Assembly (NCBI GenBank): GCA_035508395.1
Contig: DATJNC010000118.1
Span: 5,422-69,421 of the forward strand
Direction of reading: 5' to 3'
DNA from: Terriglobales bacterium
GTDB taxonomy: Bacteria; Acidobacteriota; Terriglobia; Terriglobales; Acidobacteriaceae
DNA: 64,000 bases
Part shown: positions 27,524 through 35,504 of the stretch, piece after piece
Position numbering within the stretch: position 1 is the stretch's first letter
Layout: each line of letters starts with the position of its first letter
Made by a program: the position numbers and the translations under genes
The notes under the pieces: model-generated
Told to the model about the DNA's origin: nothing
What the model saw: only the letters and a program-made list of their open reading frames with translations
Databases searched by the model: none

Positions 27524-28005
27524 GCACCGATATCTCGCTGGAAGTGCGGTCGCACGAGGAGAACTGGCTTCCGATCCTCGAACTTGCGGTAGAAGAAGTG
27601 TTCGAGATCATGCTTGGATGCAGAGTTAAGCCGGTGCAGGATGCGAATCATCAACCGTGCGCAGAATTCACTGCCATGGTTGGTCTGGCGGGCTCGCTTT
27701 GCGGAATTCTGAATGTCTCTTGCGACCGGAATACAGCGCGCGAAGTGGCGAAGTGCATGCTTGGTCCGGAAATCGCGGACTCGGCTGACCAAGTTTCGGA
27801 TGCGTTGGGCGAAATCTGCAACATGATTGCCGGTAATTTCAAAAATAAGCTGGCTGGCGCCGATACCCGTTGTGTCTTGAGTGTACCTACCGTGATCATA
27901 GGTGAAGAGTATTCCGTGCGCTCGCTAGCTGACGGAGACAGCATACAAACTGTCATGCGTTTTAACGACTCCCAGGTCGTCATCATGCTGCAGCTTCACA
28001 GCTGA
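27520..28005 (+). CDS. cheX: CheX-like chemotaxis phosphatase (CheC/CheX family)
   Basis: ATGA overlap with cheY. FTAMVGLAGSLCGILNVSC, ALGEICNMIAGNFKNKL, LSVPTVIIGE. Confidence 0.75.
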   Translation: MSTDISLEVRSHEENWLPILELAVEEVFEIMLGCRVKPVQDANHQPCAEFTAMVGLAGSLCGILNVSCDRNTAREVAKCMLGPEIADSADQVSDALGEICNMIAGNFKNKLAGADTRCVLSVPTVIIGEEYSVRSLADGDSIQTVMRFNDSQVVIMLQLHS

Positions 28006-28178
28006 GCTCCTTTGTAACTCTTCTTGAACCCGGCAATCCTTGCCTCTGGACTGACATTCGCACGGCACAAGTTTCCTACATCCCGATATCTAAGAATCTG
28101 CCAATCCTCCGAAGCTCAGCTGAACACTCTATGCGACTGATGCCACGTCACTTGTGTGAACGCTAATCCAAGCTGTTC

Positions 28179-28194
28179 TGGCGAGTCGCATGCA
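28179..28194 (+). promoter_or_regulatory. Weak sigma-54 type (-24 GG / -12 GC) match upstream of flgF
   Basis: TGGCGAGTCGCATGCA has correct GG-to-GC spacing relative to TGGCAC-N5-TTGC. It lies only 24 nt before the GTG at 28218, leaving a very short leader. Confidence 0.2.
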
Positions 28195-28217
28195 CCGGTT
28201 TCAGGCAGGAGTGAATT

Positions 28218-28949
28218 GTGGACAGTGGATTCTATGCTGCCGCGGCCGGCTTACGCGCGCAAAGCCAAGCGCTCGAAGTGGTGGCGCACAATCTGGCCAA
28301 TGTGAACACGCCTGGGTTCCGCGGAGAACAGACAACGTTCCAATCGCTCGTGGCCTTGCCGCGCACCACAGTTTCCAACGCTTTCAATGTGGCAACCAAC
28401 AGTTTTGGGGTTCTCGAAGGAACACAACTCGACTTGAGCCAGGGGACTCTGACTACGACTGGGAATCCTCTAGATGTCGCGATTGATGGCAAAGGATTTT
28501 TTGCGGTACAGACTGTGCGGGGGATACGGTATACCCGCAACGGCAGTTTTCAGGTCTCGAAGACGGGACTGCTGGTTAGTGCCGCCGGCGAGCCCGTGCT
28601 CGGAGATACGGGACCGATTCGCATCCCGGTGGGATCTACGGCCGTGAGCCCCGACGGCACAGTGTCGGTCAACGGGACAATTGCTGGCCAAATCCGGGTA
28701 GTCGATTTTCCACCCGGCACGCTGATCGCCGAGGGTGCAAGCCTGTTTTCTGCTCCAACTGGCGCTGAGCAACGGGTGCAACAGGTCTCGCTGCGGCAAT
28801 CGACGCTCGAGTCCTCGAATGTCGATGCCATCGGTTCTGTTGTCGGATTAATCGGGGTGCAGCGCGAAGCTGAAATGATGGGGCGTGCCATGAGCTTGTT
28901 TGACACGGAATTCAATCACATTGCCGCCAATGATCTGGGCAAAGTGTAG
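28218..28949 (+). CDS. flgF: Flagellar basal-body rod protein FlgF
   Basis: MDSGFYAAAAGLRAQSQALEVVAHNLANVNTPGFR; C-terminal LRQSTLESSNVD. Confidence 0.85.
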   Translation: MDSGFYAAAAGLRAQSQALEVVAHNLANVNTPGFRGEQTTFQSLVALPRTTVSNAFNVATNSFGVLEGTQLDLSQGTLTTTGNPLDVAIDGKGFFAVQTVRGIRYTRNGSFQVSKTGLLVSAAGEPVLGDTGPIRIPVGSTAVSPDGTVSVNGTIAGQIRVVDFPPGTLIAEGASLFSAPTGAEQRVQQVSLRQSTLESSNVDAIGSVVGLIGVQREAEMMGRAMSLFDTEFNHIAANDLGKV

Positions 28950-29012
28950 TTCTGATTCGAAGAAGTATTGATTGCAAGGACGGACTTTCAGGAAGGAATT
29001 GCAGGAGGAGCG

Positions 29013-29807
29013 ATGTTTCGAGCTCTTTATACCGCCGCTACCGGAATGCAAGCGCAGCAGACCAATCTCGACACAATTGCCAACAATCTTGCCAACTCGA
29101 GCACGGCCGGTTTTCGCAGCAGCCGCATGCAATTTCAGGATCTGATCTACCAGAATTTCATCATGCCTGGCGCCGCAGCCTCGCAGCAGACGACGGTTGC
29201 CGCCGGTTTGCAGGTAGGCCTCGGTACGCGACCGGCTGCATCGGAGGTTATGCAGTTGCAGGGAGATCTGACACAGACGGGCAATCCCTTGGACCTGGCC
29301 ATCGAGGGCCAGGGGTTCTTCCAGGTGCTATTGCCGACCGGCGATACGGCTTACACGCGAGCCGGTAGCTTTCATACCGACTCGCAAGGCAATGTCGTGA
29401 CCGCCGACGGCAACCCGATTCAGCCGGCCTTGACCATTCCCCAGGGTGCAACCTCGATTACCGTCGCTGCGGATGGAACCGTGTCGGTGACGCTCGCCGG
29501 CCAAACCGCCGCACAACAGGTCGGCAGCCTACAGTTGGCCCTGTTCCCGAATCCCGGCGGTTTGAACAGCATGGGAAAGAATCTGTTCCTGGCTACGACC
29601 GCGTCGGGCGACGCCGTCATCGGAACGCCAGGCGGTACCGACGGATTGGGCCAGATCGAACAGGGGTACCTAGAACAGTCAAATGTCAGTGTGGTCGACG
29701 AATTCATTAACATGATCGTCGCACAACGATCTTACGAGGCGGGCTCGCAGGTCGTGCAGTCTGCCAATCAGATGTGGCAGCTCATCAATAACCTCGGTCG
29801 ACAGTAG
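29013..29807 (+). CDS. flgG: Flagellar distal rod protein FlgG
   Basis: MFRALYTAATGMQAQQTNLDTIANNLANSSTAGFR...GYLEQSNVSVVDEFINMIVAQRSYEA. In-frame ATG at 29013 preceded by AGGAGGAG. Confidence 0.9.
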   Translation: MFRALYTAATGMQAQQTNLDTIANNLANSSTAGFRSSRMQFQDLIYQNFIMPGAAASQQTTVAAGLQVGLGTRPAASEVMQLQGDLTQTGNPLDLAIEGQGFFQVLLPTGDTAYTRAGSFHTDSQGNVVTADGNPIQPALTIPQGATSITVAADGTVSVTLAGQTAAQQVGSLQLALFPNPGGLNSMGKNLFLATTASGDAVIGTPGGTDGLGQIEQGYLEQSNVSVVDEFINMIVAQRSYEAGSQVVQSANQMWQLINNLGRQ

Positions 29808-29827
29808 GGAGAGTAAAAGAGGATCCA

Positions 29828-30415
29828 TTGCGGACCTGGACCACCATCGTAGGTTGTGCTTTAGGTTCTCTAGTGGCGGTGCTACCAGCCGTTCGGGCGA
29901 GCGATGCAGGCCATTTTCGTCGCGTAACGCTGACCGAAATACGTCAGCTGGTCATCGACGAGATAGACTCGCGCGGGTCTCAACAACGCAGTCTCCCCCT
30001 TGAGGATGACATTGAGCTGCCTCTCGCTGTGCCGATCCGTGCGACAACGGTCTTGCGCGTGTCTTCGGTCTGCTGGGACGCGGACGCTGGCCGTGCACGC
30101 ATTCGGATCGAGTGTGTGCGAGCGGGCGATTGCCTCCCTTTTCTGGCCTACGTACGCACTGGATCCAATGCTTACGCTCCTTCTTGTCGACCGCAGTCAC
30201 TGGCCCGGTCTCCCCAGCTGTCGACTCCAATTCTCCTGCGTGCCGGAGAACGCGCCACTGCACTCCTGAGGGCGGCTGGGCTCCGGATGACCTTACAGGT
30301 GACTTGCCTGGAACAGGGCTCCGCGGGAGACGTTATTCGTGTGCGTGGCCAAGAGGGACGCGTTTTTCGCGCACGAATTGTGAGCCAGTCATTGGTCGAA
30401 GCCACAATGGAGTAA
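29828..30415 (+). CDS. flgA: Flagellar P-ring assembly chaperone FlgA
   Basis: Signal peptide. C-terminal SAF-like LLRAGERATALLRAAGLRMTLQVTCLEQGSAGDVIRVRGQEGRVFRARI. Sits between flgG and flgH. TTG start. Confidence 0.7.
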   Translation: MRTWTTIVGCALGSLVAVLPAVRASDAGHFRRVTLTEIRQLVIDEIDSRGSQQRSLPLEDDIELPLAVPIRATTVLRVSSVCWDADAGRARIRIECVRAGDCLPFLAYVRTGSNAYAPSCRPQSLARSPQLSTPILLRAGERATALLRAAGLRMTLQVTCLEQGSAGDVIRVRGQEGRVFRARIVSQSLVEATME

Positions 30416-30427
30416 ATCGGGACAACC

Positions 30428-31192
30428 ATGCGCCGGACAGGACGGCTAAGGATGGACATAACAAGCTGCGGTCGTATGCTGAATAGGTACCACTTCGAAC
30501 GCCAGCGCTTCCACTGCACGCTTAAGCTATTGCTCGCCGTTGGCTTGATTTCTTGCGTAGCTGGAGCTTCGAAGCGAGATCCGCAGAAAGACGACCTTGC
30601 TCGGTACATAGCGCAGGTTCAGGCCGACTTGCAGCCTGCTTCTTCCACGCCGGGCACTTGTTGGGTGGATGGGGGACGTCTTGCTTCGCTCTCGACCGAC
30701 TACAAGGCTGCGCTCGTCGGAGACTTAATCACCATCGTCGTCTCCCAGGGCCTGACCTCGACCAATGCCGGCAATGTTTCCACCGGGCGCACCTACAGCG
30801 CAAGTTCCGGCATCACCTCGTTGCCCGGACAGGTCAGTGTGGCCGACGTGAGCAACCTGCTCGGACTGCAGTCGGCGGAAACGCTGGCGGGTAAGGGCCA
30901 GGCCAACTCTTCCCATACTTTGACGACGACTCTGGCCGGGCGAGTGGTGGCAGTGCTCGCCGGAGGCAACCTTGTGATCGAGGCCAAACGCGTGATCAAC
31001 ATGAACAACGAGAAGCAAACCATCACTCTGCGTGGTCTCGCTCGCCGTGGAGATATTGGCCCCGACAACACCATCGCCTCGAACGCGATCGGCGACCTGG
31101 AACTGGAGGTGAAAGGCAAGGGAGTGATCTCGAATGGGTTGCGGCCGCCCAATCCCGTGCTGCGCGCAATTATGCGGATCGTGAACTTTTAG
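30428..31192 (+). CDS. flgH: Flagellar L-ring lipoprotein FlgH
   Basis: Lipobox LISC. GDLITIVV, LAGRVVAVLAGGNLVIEAKRVINMNNEKQTITLRGLARRGDIGPDNTIASNAIGDLELEVKGKG. The start may be the internal ATG at 30476. Confidence 0.85.
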   Translation: MRRTGRLRMDITSCGRMLNRYHFERQRFHCTLKLLLAVGLISCVAGASKRDPQKDDLARYIAQVQADLQPASSTPGTCWVDGGRLASLSTDYKAALVGDLITIVVSQGLTSTNAGNVSTGRTYSASSGITSLPGQVSVADVSNLLGLQSAETLAGKGQANSSHTLTTTLAGRVVAVLAGGNLVIEAKRVINMNNEKQTITLRGLARRGDIGPDNTIASNAIGDLELEVKGKGVISNGLRPPNPVLRAIMRIVNF

Positions 31193-31202
31193 GGAACCCG
31201 GG

Positions 31203-32480
31203 ATGCGCTTATCCACCGGTACAGGTTTGGTCGAAACGTGGGATGCTATGAGCCCAAAAATGTCACAGGGGATGTTTGTCGCAATGGTACTGGCTCTGAT
31301 TCTCCCGCTTCCAGCCGTAGCTGGAGAGCCGATTTTGCCCGATTCAACTTCGAACAATCGGACTTCTCTCTTTCAGCTGGCGATCCCAACGCCTCCCTTC
31401 GTAGCCGTGGCGCTCGAGCCTGTGGTGCCGGCCGGCCAGCGCGTTCTCGTAAAGATTGGCGACCTGACTACCATCGAAGGTGTTCGCGAGAACTCATTGA
31501 TTGGATACGGCATGGTGGTTGGACTCACTCGTACTGGCGACAGCCAGCAGACGGTGTTCACCACGCAAACCCTGGCCAATATCATGCAACGCATGGGCGC
31601 CCAGATCCCCCCGGCTACGGCGCGCGTCAATAACATTGCTGCTGTGTTTGTGACCGCGACATTGCCTGCGTTTGCCCGGCCCGGCGCGATTCTCGATGTG
31701 ACCGTCTCCTCCATTGGAGATGCCAAGAGTCTGGAAGGTGGCATGCTGCTTCTGACCCCGCTCTACGGTGCCGATGGCGAGGTCTATGCCGCGGCGCAAG
31801 GGCCGGTTGCCGTTGGAGGGTTTGCGGCAGGAGGTTCCGGCACGACCCGACAGATGAACCATCCGACCATCGGCAGAATCCCTTCGGGCGGTCTGGTCGA
31901 GCGCAGTATCACTTTCGATTTCAACCGGCTTTCTCCCTTATCCCTATTGCTGCGCGAGGCTGACTTTACGACGGCGAACGAAATTTCGGGCGCCATTAAC
32001 CGCGAATTTGGGCACCAGGTCGCGACCGCCCGCGACGGCGGCCGGGTCGAGGTCAGTCCCGAAGCCACCGGGATGAAGAACATGACGGAATTGGCTGCGA
32101 GAATCGAAAACCTGGCGATCGCTGTACATCATCGCGCCCGAGTTGTGGTCAATGAGCGCACCGGGACCGTCGTAATCGGCAAGGATGTGCGGCTCGGAGC
32201 CGTATCGGTTTTGCACGGAGGGTTCTCGGTTCAAATCTCAACTGCGTTCCAGGTTTCGCAGCCGAACCCGCTGTCGCAGGGGAAAACCGAGGTCACGCCG
32301 CAGACCGATGTTCAGGCCAAGGACAGCCCGGCCAAGCGGCTGGAGATCGGCGAAGGCGCGAGCATCGATCAATTGGTCAGCGGCCTGCAAACCATGGGCG
32401 CCAGCGCCCGGGACGTGATCTCGATTCTACAGGCGATCAAGGCTGCGGGAGCACTCGATGCTGATCTGGAGGTGATCTGA
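31203..32480 (+). CDS. flgI: Flagellar P-ring protein FlgI
   Basis: IGDLTTIEGVRENSLIGYGMVVGLTRTGD...LEGGMLLLTPL.GADGEVYAAAQGPV...ILQAIKAAGALDADLEVI. Confidence 0.9.
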   Translation: MRLSTGTGLVETWDAMSPKMSQGMFVAMVLALILPLPAVAGEPILPDSTSNNRTSLFQLAIPTPPFVAVALEPVVPAGQRVLVKIGDLTTIEGVRENSLIGYGMVVGLTRTGDSQQTVFTTQTLANIMQRMGAQIPPATARVNNIAAVFVTATLPAFARPGAILDVTVSSIGDAKSLEGGMLLLTPLYGADGEVYAAAQGPVAVGGFAAGGSGTTRQMNHPTIGRIPSGGLVERSITFDFNRLSPLSLLLREADFTTANEISGAINREFGHQVATARDGGRVEVSPEATGMKNMTELAARIENLAIAVHHRARVVVNERTGTVVIGKDVRLGAVSVLHGGFSVQISTAFQVSQPNPLSQGKTEVTPQTDVQAKDSPAKRLEIGEGASIDQLVSGLQTMGASARDVISILQAIKAAGALDADLEVI

Positions 32481-32773
32481 TGAATGTGGATGTCTCGTCG
32501 GCGCTTGCTCGGGTTGCAACGACAACCGCTCCTGCAAGAGCCAAGGCCGAAAAGGCTGCTCGGGACTTTGAGTCGATGCTGCTGGCCTCATTGTTCGGTT
32601 CGCTCGAGAAGACATTCGCCTGGGACCAGGAGGACTCGACGCCGGGAGCCAGCAATTACCGGATGATGGAGGCGCGGAGTGTGGCGGAGGCCGTTGCAGC
32701 CAACGGAGGATTCGGCATTGCCAATTTCATCCTGCGCCATTTGCCCATAACGAAGGTACCGGCTGGAAGCTGA
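32480..32773 (+). CDS. flgJ: Rod-binding protein (FlgJ N-terminal domain only)
   Basis: One-nt overlap with the flgI stop. KAEKAARDFESMLLASLFGSLEKTF is the rod-binding motif. Only 97 aa, with no glycosidase domain. Confidence 0.7.
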   Translation: MNVDVSSALARVATTTAPARAKAEKAARDFESMLLASLFGSLEKTFAWDQEDSTPGASNYRMMEARSVAEAVAANGGFGIANFILRHLPITKVPAGS

Positions 32774-32795
32774 ACCGCAGAGTTGTCGGCCGACC

Positions 32796-32822
32796 TAAAG
32801 TTTCTTCAAACCCCGCCGATCT
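32796..32822 (+). promoter_or_regulatory. Sigma-28 type promoter P1 upstream of flgM
   Basis: TAAA (32796-32799), 15 nt, GCCGATCT (32815-32822). Confidence 0.55.
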
Positions 32823-32866
32823 AGGAATTGTCCCTTAACGTGTCCGCTAAACGGGTCGCTCACGGT

Positions 32867-32893
32867 TAAGGCTTTCTTAGAATCTGCCGATGA
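32867..32893 (+). promoter_or_regulatory. Sigma-28 type promoter P2 upstream of flgM
   Basis: TAAG (32867-32870), 15 nt, GCCGATGA (32886-32893), 28 nt before the ATG at 32921. Confidence 0.5.
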
Positions 32894-32920
32894 ACCAAGC
32901 AGGTGGGATCGGAGTGGAGT

Positions 32921-33250
32921 ATGAGAGTTGATTTCACGAATCTAGGATTGGAGCCGCCGGACAAGAACAAGACTGGACGCACTGGCCATAGCGGTACGAC
33001 GGCAGGAGCAGCGGCGGCTGGTACTTCCAGCGTTTCGGCCAATGGCGACAGCGGTGGCGTCGACCAGACGCGGCTCTTGTTCAGCCAGACGCGGGTGCAG
33101 TCGCTGGAAGCAGTTGTGCTGGCTACGCCCGAGGTACGCGAGGAGAGAGTGGCTCCTCTGCAACAAGCGATTGCGGATGGCACCTACACTGTACAGCCGG
33201 TCAAGGTAGCCGATGCGATGACGTCCGAGCTTGACGGACGACTCCGTTAG
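32921..33250 (+). CDS. flgM: Anti-sigma-28 factor FlgM
   Basis: The C-terminal VREERVAPLQQAIADGTYTVQPVKVADAM matches the FlgM sigma-28-binding helices. In-frame ATG at 32921 preceded by GGAGTGGAG. Confidence 0.75.
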   Translation: MRVDFTNLGLEPPDKNKTGRTGHSGTTAGAAAAGTSSVSANGDSGGVDQTRLLFSQTRVQSLEAVVLATPEVREERVAPLQQAIADGTYTVQPVKVADAMTSELDGRLR

Positions 33251-33306
33251 AGTGAGATGGCGACACAGGGAGCGGCGAAGGAAGACTGATCCAGATCGAA
33301 TAACCC

Positions 33307-33495
33307 ATGGACCCGATGATTACCAACGGTGTGGATCCAGCTCTGTTGCGCATCGTCGAAAAGCGCCGCCAGGAGCGTGATTCGGGGACGCGGCGAAGGC
33401 GGATACCGGTGACTCCGCCCAAGAAGCAGGACCGTGACGACGATAACGTGCCCGATCCGCACTCTCCCAAGCACGAGATCGATGATCTGGCATAA
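33307..33495 (+). CDS. Hypothetical highly charged 62-aa protein (uncertain coding status)
   Basis: ORF between flgM and the flgN-like gene. R/K/D/E/P-rich. No obvious Shine-Dalgarno sequence. Confidence 0.25.
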   Translation: MDPMITNGVDPALLRIVEKRRQERDSGTRRRRIPVTPPKKQDRDDDNVPDPHSPKHEIDDLA

Positions 33496-33499
33496 AGGC

Positions 33500-33546
33500 A
33501 TTGGTCTGATTGGTCTGCCAAGGTTGGCCTGAGGCGGTTGGCCTGA
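33500..33546 (+). repeat. Fourfold direct repeat of TTGGYCTG immediately upstream of the flgN-like gene
   Basis: ATTGGTCTG twice in perfect tandem (33500-33517). GGTTGGCCTGA twice (33522-33532 and 33536-33546). Confidence 0.8.
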
Positions 33547-33552
33547 AGCGAC

Positions 33553-34071
33553 GTGGAATTCATGATCCTGACCTTGAGCGATGACAATTCCAACTCGCTT
33601 TCCGAACTCGGCAAGCTCTTTGAAGAGCGTCTAGCCATTGTTGGCATGTTGGCCGAGAGCCTAGAGGCCAGCCGCTGGGCGCTTGGCCGTAAAGAGTTCG
33701 AGGCCATAGCGCGAGGCGCTGCCCACCAGGCTCAACTTTGCCGCCAGTGGAGCGAGCTCGAGGCGCAGATGCGGACCAAGTCTCGAGTCGCCAAGTTCCA
33801 GAGCAGCGGCGACCGCTCTCACAGCGAGAGATCGGACCAAGTGGCGGCGCAGTGGGAGGCGCTTTCAACGCGGCTACGATACCTTACGCGGGTGCACTGG
33901 TCGCTGTTGCGACACATGCAGCGGAGCCTGGGTGTTCTCAACCATATGATCGATCGATGCGCGCCTACCTACGGAGCGAGCATTGTCGGCGGCGGATCTG
34001 GGCCGACCCTGACTCAGCCGAATGTCAGTCAGCGGAGTGTTATTCAGCCGAACCCCGGGGCAGGAGACTAA
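33553..34071 (+). CDS. flgN: FlgN-like flagellar export chaperone
   Basis: All-helical protein of about 170 aa directly upstream of flgK (stop 34071, flgK ATG 34074). The assignment rests mainly on position and composition. GTG at 33553 or ATG at 33562. Confidence 0.5.
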   Translation: MEFMILTLSDDNSNSLSELGKLFEERLAIVGMLAESLEASRWALGRKEFEAIARGAAHQAQLCRQWSELEAQMRTKSRVAKFQSSGDRSHSERSDQVAAQWEALSTRLRYLTRVHWSLLRHMQRSLGVLNHMIDRCAPTYGASIVGGGSGPTLTQPNVSQRSVIQPNPGAGD

Positions 34072-34073
34072 GG

Positions 34074-35468
34074 ATGTCAGGTCTGTTTGGCACGCTTTCC
34101 ATCGCTTTAAGCGGTCTGTCGACCAGCCAGCAAGCGCTCGAGACAACCTCGAACAATGTTGCCAACGCGAACACTCCAGGTTACTCGCGGGAGGTTTCGG
34201 ATCTCGAGCCTGGAGCGCCTGTCACGTACGGTTCCCTGACCTTCGGTACCGGTGTTGTCCTTGACGAGATCCAGAGCCTGCGAGACCCGATTCTTGAGAT
34301 ACAGCTCAATCAGGAGACACAACAGCAGAGTTCGTTGAACGCTCAACTGAGCCAGCTGCAGCAGATCCAGACGGGCTTCAGCAGCGCGACCTCGGGGATC
34401 GGAGCGGACATCAGCAACTTCTTCAATACGCTGGAACAGCTCTCTCCCGATCCCACAAATCTCGCGCTGCGGCAGTCAGTCCTGACCGCGGCGAGCAACC
34501 TGGCCACGGACTTCAACACCGCTGCCAACAATCTTGAGACACAACGCAGTAATCTCAACCAGAGTGTGACCGAAGATATAGGGCAAGTGAACACGCTGAC
34601 GGCACAAATTGCCACTCTAGATCAGCAGATCAGCGAACTTCAGAACGCAAACCAAAACGCCAACACCCTGGTGGATCAGCAAACAAACCTCATCCGGCAG
34701 CTTTCAGGGCTGATCGATGTACAAGTAATCTCAACCGGAAATGGCGGCACTGAGCTGACAACATCGAACGGAACGGCGCTGGTTACAGGCTCCCAAAGCT
34801 TTGCCTTATCCACGCAGCCTGCCTCCGATGGCGCTGAGCACGTCCTTTCCGGCGCGCAGGACATCACCGCTTCGATCACCGGCGGAAGCCTTGGTGGAAC
34901 TATACAGATTCGCGATCAGCAGATCCCTGGCATCCTGAGTCAGTTAGACCAGCTGGCCTCGGGATTCGCGAACGCCGTGAACAATGCCAATCAACAGGGC
35001 TACATTCTCAGCAACAGCAGCACTCCTCAAAAAGGAGGAAATATCTTCACGACGCCAACGGGGGTAACTGGCGCGGCCGCTGCCATGAGTGTGGCGATCA
35101 CTGATCCGTCGCTGATTGCTGCCAGCTCTGATGGAACCTCGGGCAGCAACGGTAACATCGCAAATCTATCGGCAGTGGCGAGTCAGAGCGTTGCCAATGG
35201 CCAAACCCCGATCGATTATTACTCCAATTTGGTCTTTCAGATCGGCAGCACGACTTCCAACACCTCGGCCGATGCCGATGCCGCAAGCCAGATTCTGCAG
35301 CAACTGCAGGACGAGCGCGGCAGTGTTTCCGGAGTTTCGCTCGACGAGGAAGCGGCCAACATGGTGCAGTACCAGACGGCTTACCAGGCGGCGGCACGAG
35401 TGGTCTCTACCGTCAATAGCCTGCTTTTGGACGCGGTCAACCTAGGCGTCGATACCGCTGAAGACTAG
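34074..35468 (+). CDS. flgK: Flagellar hook-associated protein 1 FlgK
   Basis: MSGLFGTLSIALSGLSTSQQALETTSNNVANANTPGYSRE; C-terminal VSLDEEAANMVQYQTAYQAAARV. The in-frame ATG at 34074 is preceded by AGGAG..AAGG; the track ORF's 112-codon upstream extension overlaps the flgN-like gene. Confidence 0.9.
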   Translation: MSGLFGTLSIALSGLSTSQQALETTSNNVANANTPGYSREVSDLEPGAPVTYGSLTFGTGVVLDEIQSLRDPILEIQLNQETQQQSSLNAQLSQLQQIQTGFSSATSGIGADISNFFNTLEQLSPDPTNLALRQSVLTAASNLATDFNTAANNLETQRSNLNQSVTEDIGQVNTLTAQIATLDQQISELQNANQNANTLVDQQTNLIRQLSGLIDVQVISTGNGGTELTTSNGTALVTGSQSFALSTQPASDGAEHVLSGAQDITASITGGSLGGTIQIRDQQIPGILSQLDQLASGFANAVNNANQQGYILSNSSTPQKGGNIFTTPTGVTGAAAAMSVAITDPSLIAASSDGTSGSNGNIANLSAVASQSVANGQTPIDYYSNLVFQIGSTTSNTSADADAASQILQQLQDERGSVSGVSLDEEAANMVQYQTAYQAAARVVSTVNSLLLDAVNLGVDTAED

Positions 35469-35504
35469 ACCGAGAACGCGGTAAGCTGAGGAGAGAACTG
35501 AGCG

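Noticed and set aside
33251-33552. Sigma-54-like TGGC... strings upstream of flgN (TGGCGACACAGGGAGC and TGGCATAAAGGCATT).
   Set aside because: The GG-to-GC spacing is off by one or more positions relative to TGGCAC-N5-TTGC.
33738-34073. 5' extension of the flgK ORF (112 extra codons overlapping the flgN-like gene). Similar upstream extensions appear in the track ORFs for the aminotransferase (19713..20105), AMMECR1 (4428..4646), pqqE (16402..16605), plsX (24171..24266), rhomboid (50040..50186) and the GGDEF protein (46491..46583).
   Set aside because: In each case an internal in-frame ATG or GTG gives the canonical family N-terminus, often with a Shine-Dalgarno sequence. The extension overlaps the upstream gene or is compositionally non-protein-like.
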